A stretch of 64,000 nt of DNA from NCBI RefSeq assembly GCF_963921235.1, contig NC_086108.1, forward strand, positions 31,808,001-31,872,000, given 5' to 3'. Below, piece after piece: positions 26,558 to 39,329 of the stretch. The stretch comes from Mobula hypostoma. Lineage: Eukaryota. The notes under the pieces are model-generated. The model was given only the letters and a program-made list of their open reading frames with translations, was not told where the DNA came from and did no database searches. The stretch's first letter is position 1. Each line of letters opens with the position of its first letter. The translations under genes and the position numbers were made by a program.

Positions 26558-27955
26558 CAATGCCTTGTAAAAGTATTCAGTCCCCAACCCTTTGTTCAAA
26601 TAACAACCAGGGATTTTATCAATTTAACTGAGAATTTTTATTTGTGAATCACATGCTTGTTTTTCAATTTTGAACCCAAAAATCAGAAAATTATGAACCA
26701 TGAAAAACTAAAAATTCAGAAACTGGAAGGTCAACAGTTCATCCCCCTTTGCTCGGTACTTGGTTGAGTCACCTCTTGCAGCGATTACAGCCAATAGTCT
26801 TTTTGGATAAGTCTCTATTAGTTTTGCACAACATGATGATTTTCCCACTCCTCCTTGAAAATTTGCTCAAGCTGTGCTAGGTTAAGTGGGGAGTGGCAGT
26901 GGACAGCAACAGTGAGACCTTGCCGGAGATGTTCAATGGGTTAAGGTCAGGATTCTGACTGGGCCACACAAGAACATAAATTCTCTTCATTCGAAGCCAC
27001 TTGATGGTTGCTCTGACAGTGCACTCTGGGTTACCGTCCTGCCGAAAAACAAACCTCATACCCAGTTTAAGCTTTCTGGTAGAAGCTATCGAGTTTTTAA
27101 ATCCAGGATCTCTCTGTATTTAACAGCATTCATCTTCCCATCAATCCTGACCAGATTTCCAGTCCTTGCTGCTGAAAACCATGGCATGGTGCTACCTCCA
27201 CCATACTTTACAGTAGGGATGGTGTCACCAAGCAGACTTATTATTAGTTTTTTATATATAAAATTATATATTAGATTTATACCACACATACCACTTAGGT
27301 AGAGGCCAAAAAGTTTCATCTTAGTTTCATCCGACCACAAGACCTTCTTAAACATCTTTACAGCATAATCTAAATGATGCTTTGCCAAGTCTTTACAGGC
27401 AAGAATGTGCTCTTTATTTTTAAGCCAAGGCTTCTTCCTTGCCACTCTTCAATAAATAACCATTTTGTGCAAGGCCTCGGGGATTGTGGAGCCATAAACT
27501 TCATCTCCAGTTGCAGCCAATGACTTCTGCAGCTCACGCACTGCTGGTGACACAGCAGCCTCTCTTACATTCTTCTCCTGCGATTAAGTTTAGAAGGGTA
27601 GCCTGACCTAGGTAGTGTGGCTGTAATTTCATGATGGGCTGCACTGAGCCCCAAGGTATGTTTAGTGCCTTTGAGAGTCTTGGATCCTTCCCCAGATTTG
27701 TGCAGATTTGCAAATCTCACCTGAGAAAAGTTAGCATAGCAACGACAAAAGTGATGAACATTTTCAGCATCAATTTTGGTTTTTAATTTTTACTAAACGG
27801 TTGACAGGTTTTGAAATGTTTCTTTTGATTTAACACGATGCACAATGTTTTACAGATTAGCTTATAAAATCCTACTTCAATATATTTTAAATTTTTTAAA
27901 TGAGACAGTAAAATATGAATATCAATGTGGGGGCAGAATACTTGTTAAGGCACTG
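26558..27955 (-). mobile_element. Tc1-family DNA transposon with a decayed DD34E-type transposase
   Basis: TA|CAATGCCTTGTAAAAGTATTCAG ... GAATACTTGTTAAGGCACTG|TA TIRs. ORF remnants [41 protein letters not shown]. Confidence 0.93.
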
Positions 27956-29055
27956 TATATGTAAAAAGAAATATGATATTTTCCATACTAGAGAGAATGG
28001 GACTGTTAATGAGTTTGAGAGCTCTGGGCACAAATGCCAAAATCGATCGCTCACAAAAGTCCTTTTGTTTGCGAAGTAGCAGATTGTACCGAGACTGGTT
28101 TTTGATCATCTCACAAGATGCATTTGATTTATGGATCCATTAATGGAAGTGTCACAAGCTGGATACTACACCCAGGGAGCCTAGGAAATAGCTTATACAA
28201 AATATCAATCTAACAGCAGCATTTTAATACCAACTTGTTCCATTTAAAACAGGCTCCAAGCTCAAGTGTCAACTGGTCTTGACATAGAGATGTCTGTGGA
28301 ATTACCCAAAATTTATTGAAACACTAATAAGCTAAATTTCAGAATTTAACAGAATGTGTTAACCAAAAACTGAGTTCAATATAGAACTGAAGGCACTCAG
28401 GATATGGCACTATTTCCACCGAGTGCCAGCTATCCTCAATAACATCAGGAATCTAAAGTCAGAAGTACCATTTGTGGTAGAAAACAAAATGCCTGTGTAC
28501 AAATTTCTATTTAGCTCAGTGAAACTCAATCTGTAATCACCAGCAAATATTAAAGCTTACTAAAAACATCCAACACACAACACAGCCAGCTTTCTTCCAA
28601 CATTAGAGATCACTTTAGCAGCCAGAACTAAAGAGGCATTAATGGAGACATACAGGCTGGCTGCCGCACTTTTTGGTTGAATGTAGACATATGAATACAT
28701 TTTAAAAGAAAGTACACTTATTTCTACTGACCAGAAATTTATAAAAGACATTAGAAAGCCCCGTTAATCTTCATACACCTTGCCAACACAAACTTCAGAA
28801 AATTCCATTTAAAGACATGAAAATAAACTGTAGAATACCATTTCTCACTCCCATTATAAAACATCAAATCACCTTACTGTCAGCGATGTCACAAGATATC
28901 TGCTAATAAAAACAGATATCCGTGACATAGATTACTGTAGTATTCATTTATTTTAATATTTAGGCCTTGCAGAAATTATTCACCACAGGCAAAGTAAAAA
29001 AAAAAATCACAGAAAGAACACAAATCAAGGAAAGCAACCTATAAAAATGAATTAG

Positions 29056-29335
29056 TGTAGCGGTGTGCTACACACAGCGCTAAAATAACCACATGTAGTC
29101 GGTGAGTTAGAGTCGCGATGAAAGAGGTTTATTCAAACTTCGCGGCCTGCTTTAAAGCCTTCCTGTTCCCGCCCTCCCTGGGCGGGACTGCTGTGGGGAA
29201 TGCATATTCCCAGACCCTTTCCACGCGCGGGATTCTCCCCCTGCTGGTGAAGATGGCCTGGCGCCCTTTTTGGCCTCTGCCTGCGCGCACTGTTTCGTGA
29301 GCCGCTTCGTGTGTGCTAGAAAGTGGGTCACCACA
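29056..29335 (-). mobile_element. Short (280 bp) CpG-rich solo LTR
   Basis: TGTAG...CCACA ends, 4-bp TSD ttag, AATAAA on the minus strand (~29128-29133). Confidence 0.8.
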
Positions 29336-31124
29336 TTAGTCCCTTACAGGGTATTTCCCTATTGCAAAATTAAGACGCCCATTTTTTTTAACCAAATTAA
29401 CCGTATACAGACTGAAAACACTCGCTGCCAGTCCATATTCAGTCAGATTCCTTCTACAATTATTTTGAGACTGCAATTCAATATATTTAAACAATTTTGT
29501 TACTAATTATTCCTGATTTTGATTATTTGCATGGCAATCAATTTAAAATGCACCCAGGCAGACCAGCAACTTAACAAAATTCAGGTCTGCAAATACACAA
29601 ACTATCAACAGCTATGAATAGAACTTATTTAAAGCTCTTTGATTTAGATGGTGACAGTCATGCTAATGTCACCAAACAGGAGTTTCATAATGTAGCATTG
29701 TAAAATTTTTAAAAACCTCCCCAACTCCAACTCAAAAGTAAAAAATACTAACATTTCTAAAAAGTTTCTCTATAATCAGCAAATTCTCACTAGCACAACT
29801 AAAATGTCCCATCTTTAAGTTTAATATTCCTTAACATTCCATCATAATCAAAGTAGCATTGTGTTTAAAGAGAACAGAATAAGAAACCAAAAAATTAGAC
29901 ATTTCATATACAACCTAAAACATTAAAACAAAATTAAAGGAATTAAAATTCGAAACCAAGTTAAGCAACACAGCCTGTTTGATGTTCAGGCACGTGTCGG
30001 GCCAGGCCCAGGCTGATAGCAAGCCCTTGTCTTTATATCAAATCTGCATTCAAGTACTTTTTCTTTAAAAAACAAAAAAGCAGAAGTGACAACAGTGCAG
30101 AAACAGTAAAAATTTGATGCTTCAAAAGCTTTTCAAAATTAAATTCTACTTAGATGAAATCTCAATTTAAATGATAAGAGAAACAAAAAAGGGAGCATCG
30201 CTTGCTCAATCTGCTGTGTTTTGATCATGAGCAAGACTAATTAAGTGCACTACCTTAAGAATCACAGTTTGCAGTTGTTATACAGATGTGCACCACAGAA
30301 AGTTACACAAATTTGCTGTGGTGGGCAAAACATTGGCAATACCAGTTAAGGATATGCATTAACTGACCTTCTGTTTCTGTCTTGGGAATTAGTAACTGAA
30401 TTACACTTCCATGTTATATACACACACACACTAAACTCCAGTTTAGCTGTGCTCTACAAGAAGCTTCAGCGTCTCAGACTAAGGAGAAGGCCGGGTGGGA
30501 AGCAAAGAGCTTCCATTCGTAAGTTATGTTTAAAATTTCATTTAAGCCCTGTATATTCACTTTCTTACTCCCAAACCCTCCCACAAAACATTTGATACAA
30601 GCTAAACAAACAATTTGTGTGTACTAGGAACTTTGTCCAATCATAATCTGGAGAGGAAACTATTAACAATGGATTGAAAAAATTTCCTCCCTTTGCCTTA
30701 CCTACAGTTCCTTTCATTTCATAGTCTTACAATAAAAAGTGTGGTGTCTATCATTTACTGACATGACGGTTCACGAACTGTACAAAATAATAAATTGAGA
30801 ATCATTTGTTATTTCAATCTTGACCCAGTGAACACTATTACAGTTGAATCATACAATAGGTTAAACAATAATGATTAATAAAGATATCACAATGTTGTAT
30901 TGTGGGGGGCCATATGGAGTTCACAAACAGATCTAAATACCTTTTTTCATACATATTGAGAAACAGAAAGGTTCTTAATTAACTCAGAGAAAGACAGATC
31001 TCAGAAAAACTATTTTCAGGAATTAAAATGCTGATCAAAAAAGTGGTCACATAAAATTAGTACAACTATGAACTGTAGATACAAAAGAACAGGCCGATAC
31101 TGAATTTCACTTAATACCTGCCAA

Positions 31125-31540
31125 TAATAAGACCATAAAATATAGGAGCAGAAGTAGGCCATTCAGCCCATCGAGTCCACTATGCCATTCAATCATGGGC
31201 TGATCCATTTCTTCCAGTCATCCCTAATCCTCTACCTTCTCTCCATACCCTTTGATGCCCTGGTTAATCAAGAACCTATCTCTGCCTTAATTGCACCCAG
31301 TGACAAATTGCAAAGATTTATCACCCTCTGACTAAAGTAATTTCTCTGCATCTGTGTTCTAAATAGATATCCTTCAATCCTGAAGTCGTGCCCTCTTGTC
31401 CTGGACTCCCCTACCATGGAAAATAACTTTGCCATACGTAATCTGTTCAGGCCTTTTAACAGTTAGAATGTTTCCTTGAGATTCCGCCCCCCCCATTCTC
31501 CTGAACTCCAAGGAATACAGCCCAAGAGTTGCCAGATGTA
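31125..31540 (-). mobile_element. CR1 3' end fragment
   Basis: LATLGLYSLEFRRMGG remnant plus the CR1 3' UTR (taggagcagaagtaggccattcagccc). Confidence 0.85.
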
Positions 31541-31972
31541 CTGAACGAAGTAATTTAAGTCTTCCAGTGATCATTGATTTGATACAAGATCAAAGTGAGA
31601 ATAATCATTTAAAGCTGTACAGTTCATACAAATTAATATAACACTGCAAAGTGCAGCTACAATACTGCAAAGTGCACAGAAACACACCAAGAGGTATTAA
31701 AATATTCAAGTTCATTTGAACATAATTGAATGGAATAGTTGTAGAAATCAAGAGATGGCAGTTTATACAATTAGCAAACAAGTACATTTATAGCTGCTCT
31801 AGAAATACCATTGTGTATTTTAAAGTCGCTTTCTACTTTTCTGATATACAAGTAAATGAAAATTTGAAAAGTTACACTGGAATTAAGTCAGTTTACAGTT
31901 GCAAAGGGTACAACATTCTCACATTTTAATGCATGCACTTTTGAATCTTGAAACATGGGATTTCTATATTAT

Positions 31973-34900
31973 GCAAACAACAGGAATTCTGCAGATGCTG
32001 GAAATTCAAGCAACACACAAAGTTGCTGGTGAATGCAGCAGGCCAGGCAGCATCTCTAGGAAGAGGTACAGTCGACGTTTCAGGCCGAGACCCTTCGTCA
32101 AGAATAACTAAGGGAGAGTTAGTAAGAGATTTGGAAGTGGGAGGGGGGAGACTTCTGGTAGAGCTCATGGAGTGAACTCGTGTTCTTGACTCGCTCCATT
32201 ACCTCTGAGTTTTTCTTCTTATGATCAGCTATATTTTAATTAACCATTAAGGTATCGACTTTTACAATATTTTGAAATAAATTGGGCTCTTTGATAATCA
32301 GATGCGTTTAAGGCCTGCTATGTCTAAGAATGGAAAAAACGGGAAGGATGGCAAACCTCCGGTTAGACCGAAAGGTACCAATTTTCCTCCGACTGAACCA
32401 CCGTTGACTTTGAAAGCTATATCGGAGCTAATTCAAAGGGAAATTTCAACCTCTGTTACGGAGCTGATTCGTGCGGAAATCTCAACCTCTTGTTACGGAG
32501 CTGATTCGTGCGGAAATTTCAATTAATTTCCAGAAAATTGCCGATTCAATCGATAACATACAAACATCTATTACGGAACATCAGTCGGCTATATCTGATC
32601 TTCAAAAATCCACGCAACAAACTGAACTTAAGTTGGAGAAAATCGAAGAAACAATTAATGTAATGAAGAAGAAACTTGACCTTTAAAAACTCTGACTTAG
32701 AATCCAGAAGGCGACGGTAGAATCTTCGAATGATTGGGGTGCGTGAAGCTGTTGAATCTGATAACCCTATGAAGTATTTTTCTCAACTTTTAAAAGATGC
32801 ATTTCCTACTGTATTTCCTGACCAACCACCGTTATTGGATCGCATTCACAGAGTTCAATCATGCTCGTCTAAGTTAGATAAACCTCGACATAGATAAACC
32901 TCGACATGTCATCTTACGCTTTCATTGCATTCAAGACAAGGAGAAACTGTTTCGTTTCGTTCGATCTAAAGGTTACATTGATTTTTTGGATCTTAAGTTC
33001 CGATTCGTGGAGGATTTCAGTAAACCAATTCAGGATCAACGGGTTCGTTACAGATCTGTGATGTCGGAACTCTACAAGATGGATTTAAAACCAGCGCTGC
33101 TTTACCCTGCATGTCTAAGGATTCGTACGTTGGATGAAGCCCTCTGTTTTTTTTGAATCTCCATCAGATGCCCAGAGTTATCTGGATCAATTTTCACCTT
33201 CAACATCTTAATCGTAATTTTTAACCATCTCCGTTTGATCGGAGGTTGTGAATTTGTCAGTCTTAATTTTTTTTGCCTTATATGGGCAGAAAAGTTTATT
33301 TTTGGATTGATTAATATGGTTGCTAAACTTTCTTTCTATCTGTGTCATTCCTTTCTTTTTCCCAGGGGATTCTGGGTGGTTATTCTCACCGTCATTCTAC
33401 GTATTTCCTTTGAGGCCTTAAATTTTGTAGTTTTTAAATCTACTTCTTTTTGTAGGTTTTCATAACTAGTTTATGTTAATAATTTCATTTCTTTTTTTGT
33501 TTACTCATAGGGTCTGGGGTTTGTTGGGGTTTGTTGCGGTTTTTTTATATTTTCTGACTTTTTCTCTGTTATATTAAGTGTTTGTTTTAATTGATTTACC
33601 TTTTTTTATTCTTTTACTGTTTTATAACTAGCTGATCTTTTTTATATTTACACTTTTTTTAGGGAGCGTATACCGGAAGTCATGGGGGTAGTTTTAGTGC
33701 TTGCTTCTTTCTGGCAGGTCTGTGTTAGATTTAGCCTTGGGGTCATGGGGTGGGGGGTGGTGGGAGGGGCTTCACATTTTAGTTTCTTTCTTCTTGGGCT
33801 ATGTACACTATTGAAGTATTGGTTGCATTCTCCTTCCCGGTATCTCTTATTTGTTCTGTTCCCTTTCCGGGTTCATGGGTCGAGCCTATCGTCAATCCTC
33901 CTTGTTGTGGGTTGACTTTAGGGTTTATGGAGTCTATTATTAATTTTGTCTCCTGGAATACTAATGGTCTTAATCATCCTATTAAAAGGAAACAAGTTTT
34001 TAAAGTGTTCCGGAGACTTAAAGCACAAATTTTATTTTTACAAGAGACCCATGTGCGGAGGGGGGACAGACTACGTTTTTTAAATTCTGGAAGGAACAAC
34101 AGTTTCATTCGAACTCCAACGCTAAGATTCGAGGCGTCTCTATTTTTATAGACTCCTCAGTTACTTTTATACAACATGATATTATTTCTGATCCGAATGG
34201 TAGATTTCTACTGGTTAGTGGTCTACTATTTAATAAAAAGGTAGTTTTGGTTAATGTTTATGCTCCTAATATAGACTGTCCGGAATTTTATAAATCATTA
34301 TTCAATCAGTTCCCAAATTTGAATGAGTTTTCATTGATCTGGGGCGGAGATCTTAATACCTGTTTATCTCCAGCTTTGGACCGTTCAGCTCCTCTACGGA
34401 CCTTACCTAATAAATCTGCAACTTTGATTAATTCATTCCTCTCTTATTCTGGGTCGACGGACATTTGGCATTTTTTGCATCCTCAGGAAAAAGATTTTTC
34501 TTTTTTTTCACATGTTCACCACTCCTATTCAAGAATTGATTATTCCTTTATTGACTCTCGCCTTATTTCTTCAGTGATTAAATGTGATTATGACTCTATA
34601 ACCATTTCGGATCATGCTCCACTTAAGCTTTCTATTAAAATTCAGGCCAATACACAAAATAATAGACAATGGTGTTTTAATTCGCTGTTGCTTCAGGACT
34701 CGGACTTTGTTAACTTTATAAATGAACAGATTGATCATTTTTTTTTACAATCAACTATACAGAGGATATTTCTGTGAACATTCTTTGGGATACTTTTAAA
34801 GCTTATATTCGTGATCAGATTATCTCGTATTCTGCTGCTTTGAGGAAGAAGCTGAAGCAGGAGGAGTTGGTAATTGTGGACAAGATTAAGGAAATTGATA

Positions 34901-37900
34901 AGAAATATGTTACAGCTCCCTCTGAGGAGTTATATAAACAAAGAACTGAACTTCAAATGGAACACAGTTTATTACTTTCGTCCTCGATTCTAAACCAATT
35001 AAAGAAAACAAGAAGTGAATTTTATGTACACAGTGACAAAATTGGCAAACTGCTGGCTAACCAATTGAAGTTTAATTATGCTAAATCTCAAATTAATCAG
35101 ATTTATAATCAAAATGACCGACTATTACTTGATCATGCGGGGATTAATCAAACCTTCCGTGATTTTTATTCTTCCTTATATCAATCAGAGTCTCCTCGAG
35201 ACTCTAAATATATGAATGATTTTTTAGATAACCGAGACTTCCCTGAGATTTCACAGGATATGTCTTCTATGTTAGATACTCCATTACTACTGATGAGATT
35301 AAGAATGTTATTTCCTCTATGAATTTGGGGAAAGCTCCTGGCCCTGATGGGTTTACCGTAGAATTTTATAAATGTTTTGCACCTTCATTAATCCCTTGGT
35401 TCTGTAGGGTTTTCGAGGCTTCATTAAAACTTGGTAAGCTTCCCGAATCTTTCAATAGAGCGTCAATCTCTCTAATATTAAAGAAAGATAAAGATCCTGC
35501 TCAATGTGCATCTTATAGACCAATATCTAAATGTTGATTCTAAAGTTTTTTCTAAATTATTAGCAAACAGATTAGAAAAAGTACTTCCTTTTATTATTTC
35601 AGAAGACCAAACGGGTTTTATTAAAGGTCGTTACTCTTTTTATAACATTCGCACACTGTTAAATATTGTTTATACCCCCTCACAAAATGTTCCTGAGTGT
35701 GTTATCACTTTAGATGCTGAGAAAGCTTTTGATAGAGTAGAATGGCCTTACTTATTTAAGGTGCTTGAAATGTTTAATTTTAGCTCGAAATTTATATCCT
35801 GGATCAAACTGTTATATCATTCTCCTGTGGCCTCGGTCCGTACTAACTCTCTAAGCTCACCTTTTTTCCCTCTTTTTCGAGGCACTCGACAAGGTTGTCA
35901 AGACTCTTAGTCCTTTATTATTTGATATTGCATTAGAACCTCTTGCAATTGCCATTCGAGAATCTCAAATATTACTGGGATAACTCAGGGCTTATAGTCC
36001 CATAAAATATCACTCTATGCTGATGACTTACTTTTATATATTTCTAATCTTCAAAAATCCATCCCTGCTGTTTTAGAGTTATTAGCACAATTTAGTCTCT
36101 TTTCAGGTTATAAATTAAATCTTAGTAAGAGTGAACTTTTCCCGATTAATAAACAACTTCCCTTATATCATAACTTTCCATTTAAATTGATTATTATTTT
36201 TCATATCTTGGGATTAAAATTACTTGTAAATACAAAGATTTATTTAAGATTAACTTTTTACCCTTAATTGACCATATTACTCAACTTTCATCTAAATGGT
36301 TTCCTTTATATTTAACTTTAATTGGTCGTATTAATGCAGTTAAGATGTTTTTTTTGCCAAAATTTCTATATATATTTCAGGCATTACCAATCTTTGTTCC
36401 AACATCTTTTTTTGATGAAGTTGACTCAAAAATTTCTTCATTTATTTGGCAAAATAAAAACCCGAGACTGGGTAAAATACATTTACAGAAAGCTAAAAGA
36501 GATGGAGGTTTAGCATTACCCAACTTTAGATTTTATTATTGGGCAATTAATATTCGACATATGAAATTTTGGTTACTTGACCAGGATATACTATCCATTC
36601 CTAAATGGGTAGCATTGGAATTACAATCTGTTCAGGGCTATACACTTGGCTCTATTTCAGGTTCCTCTCTTCCTTTTGATTTGAAACGCCTCAAACAGGT
36701 ATCTAACCCGATAGTTAAATATACCTTACGTATTTGGTTTCAATTCAGAAAATTTTTTGATCTTAACCAATTTGGGGTAGCGATTCCTATTTTAGGTAAC
36801 ATATTTTTTCCTCCCTCTTTTACGGATCCTGCTTTTCAAATTTGGAAGCTTAAGGGTATTTCACGGTTTTTGGATTTATTTTTAGATGGTTCCCTTATGT
36901 CTTTTGAACAATTATCTAATAAATATAATTTATCAAGAATACATTTTTTAGATATCTACAAGTTAGAAATTTCCTAAGTACTATACTTTCTTCTTTTCCA
37001 ATGCTTCCTCCTACATACATTTTAGATACTATAATTAACCTTAATCCATGTCAGAAAGGTGCATTGGCTATGATTTATAATATTATTATGAAACTTAGGA
37101 AAGCTCCATTTGATAAGATTAGGGTAGATTGGGAACAGGAATTGGGGTCTATCATTTCCGTGGATGACTGGGGGCAGATTTTACAATTAGTCAATACTTC
37201 CTCTATTTGTGCTAAACATTCCCTAATTCAATTTAAAGTTGTTCATAGAGCACATATGTCCAAAGATAAATTAGCTCGCTTTTATTCTCATATTAATCCT
37301 TTTTGTGATAGATGTCCGGGGCAGATAGCCTCTTTAACTCATATGTTTTGGTCTTGTCCTACTCTGGAAACGTTTTGGAGAGACATTTTTAATATTATCT
37401 CCAAGGTATTGAATATAGATATCTCTCCTCATCCTGTTACTGCTATCTTTGGACTACCTAAAATTTCCAGTAATCTTTCTCCTTCAGCCCGTAGAATGAT
37501 TGCATTTCTTACTTTAATGGCGAAAAGATGTATCTTACAACACTGGAAAGAGCTTAATGCTCCAACTACCTTTTTTTGGTTTTCTCAGACGATATTATGC
37601 TTGAATTTGGAGAAAATTAGAAGCAATCTTTATGATTCCTCACTTAAATTTGAACAGACCTGGAGATCTTTTATTCAATATTTTCATTTAATGTAATTTT
37701 TTCTCTTTTTTTTTGCTCCATATTTATATACCCCTCTTGTTTTTTTTTATTGTTTTTAATGGAGGTCAGGATTGAGGACGTGATTTTAAGTTTTTTTTAA
37801 ACTCTGCTTGGTTCCAAGTTAGCCCATTGCTTTGCTTTGCTTTTAGTTAGTTGCACGGTGGTTTTTTTTTCCTTTTCTCTATTGGTGTATGTATATATAT

Positions 37901-39203
37901 ATAAAAATTAGTATACTATTACGTTACCTTAGTATGTTATGTTTAAATTACATTGTTTGTATCATTTTTTTGTATTAATAACTCCTGTAATTTTATTATA
38001 TTCTAACAGTGTATTAGTGCCTTTATGGCTTACCTTTTTGTAAGATTTAAAAAGAAAGAAAGAAAGTGGGAGGGGGAGGGGGAGATCCAAAATGATAGAA
38101 GACAGGAGGGGAACAGATGGAGCCAAGAGCTGGACAGGTGATTGGCAAAGGGGATATGAGAGGATCATGGGACAGGAGGCCCAGGGAGAAGGAAAAGGTG
38201 GGGGGGGGGGAGAGAACCCACAGGATGGGCAAGGGGTATAGTCAGAGGGACAGAGGGAGAAGGAGAGTGAGAGAAAGAATGTGTTATTATTCTCCATAAC
38301 TTCCGCCACCTCCAACGGGATCCCACCACTAAGCACATCTTCCCCCCCCCCTGCTTTCCGCAGGCATCGCTCCCTATGCGATTCCCTTGTCCATTCGTCC
38401 CCCCCATCCCTCCCGGCACTTATCTTTGTAAGTGGAACAAGCGCTACACATGCCCTTACACTTCCTCCCTTACCACCATTCAGGCCCCAGACAGTCCTTC
38501 CAGGTGAGGCGACACTTCACCTGTGAGTCAGCTGGGGTGATATACTTCGTCCGGTGCTCCCGATGTGGCCTTCTATATATTGGCGAGACCCGACGCAGAC
38601 CGGGAGACCACTTTGCTGAACACCTACCCTCTGTCCGCCAGAGAAAGCAGGATCTCCCAGTGGCCACACATTTTAATTCCACATCCCATTCCCATTCTGA
38701 CATATCTATCCACGGCCTCCTCTACTGTAAAGATGAAGCCACACTCAGGTTGGAGGAACAACACCTTATATTCCATCTGGGTAGCCTCCAACCTGATGGC
38801 ATGAACATCGACTTCTCTAACTTCCGCTAATGCCCCACCTCCCCCTCGTACCCCATCCGTGATTTATTTTTATACACACATTCTTTCTCTCACTCTCCTT
38901 CTCCCTCTGACTATACCCTTGCCCATCCTCTGGGTTCCTCCCCGCCGCCTTTTCCTTCTCCCTGGGCCTCCTGTCCCATGATCCTCTCATATCCCCTTTG
39001 CCAATCACCTGTCCAGCTCTTGGCTCCATCCCTCCCCCTCCTGACTCCTCCGATAATTTTGGATCTCCCCCTCCCCCTCTCAAATCTCTTACTAACTCTC
39101 CCTTCAGTTAGTCCTGACGAAGGGTCTCGGCCTGAAACATCGACTGTACCTCTTCCAAGAGATGCTGCCTGGCCTGCTGCGTTCACCAGCAACTTTGATG
39201 TAT
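31973..39203 (+). mobile_element. Penelope-like element: inverted pLTR (31973-32147 and 38064-~38280) joined to a GIY-YIG 3' fragment with pLTR (~38281-39203), split by an L1 insertion
   Basis: ORF 38432-38830 (HFTCESAGVIYFVRCSRCGLLYIGETRRRPGDHFAEH...PVATHFN...LEEQHLIFHLGSLQPDGMN) is a GIY-YIG domain. 13-bp TSD atttctatattat at 31960-31972 and 39204-39216. Confidence 0.9.
32148..38063 (+). mobile_element. Apparently full-length (~5.9 kb) L1-clade LINE, inactivated (ORF1 ~32302-33210, ORF2 ~33927-37696)
   Basis: ORF1 remnants NLRMIGVREAVE, LLDRIHRV, KPRHVILRFH, RFVEDFS, PALLYPA. ORF2 SWNTNGLN, FLQETH, NVYAPN, GGDLN, SRIDY, ISDHAP, KAPGPDGF, LDAEKAFDRVEW, RGTRQGC, LYADD, CDRC...HMFWSC. (aaag)n tail. 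13-bp TSD aagtgggaggggg (32135-32147, 38064-38076). Confidence 0.95.
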
Positions 39204-39329
39204 ATTTCTATATTATATTTCATTAAACAGACAAGGCTTTGTTTAGACAGCGAATGAGAATTTTATCTGCTCAAAACTATTTCCATCATCCAAAGAAGAT
39301 GCAAATAAATTAAAATGCTGAAAGCTTTT

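Noticed and set aside
28560..28751. Minus-strand ORF next to a gtaagc donor-like site as an alternative SUCO first exon
   Set aside because: The listed ORF ends in a stop at the site, and the nearest ATG frame gives phase 1, which is incompatible with the phase-2 exon 2. No promoter features.
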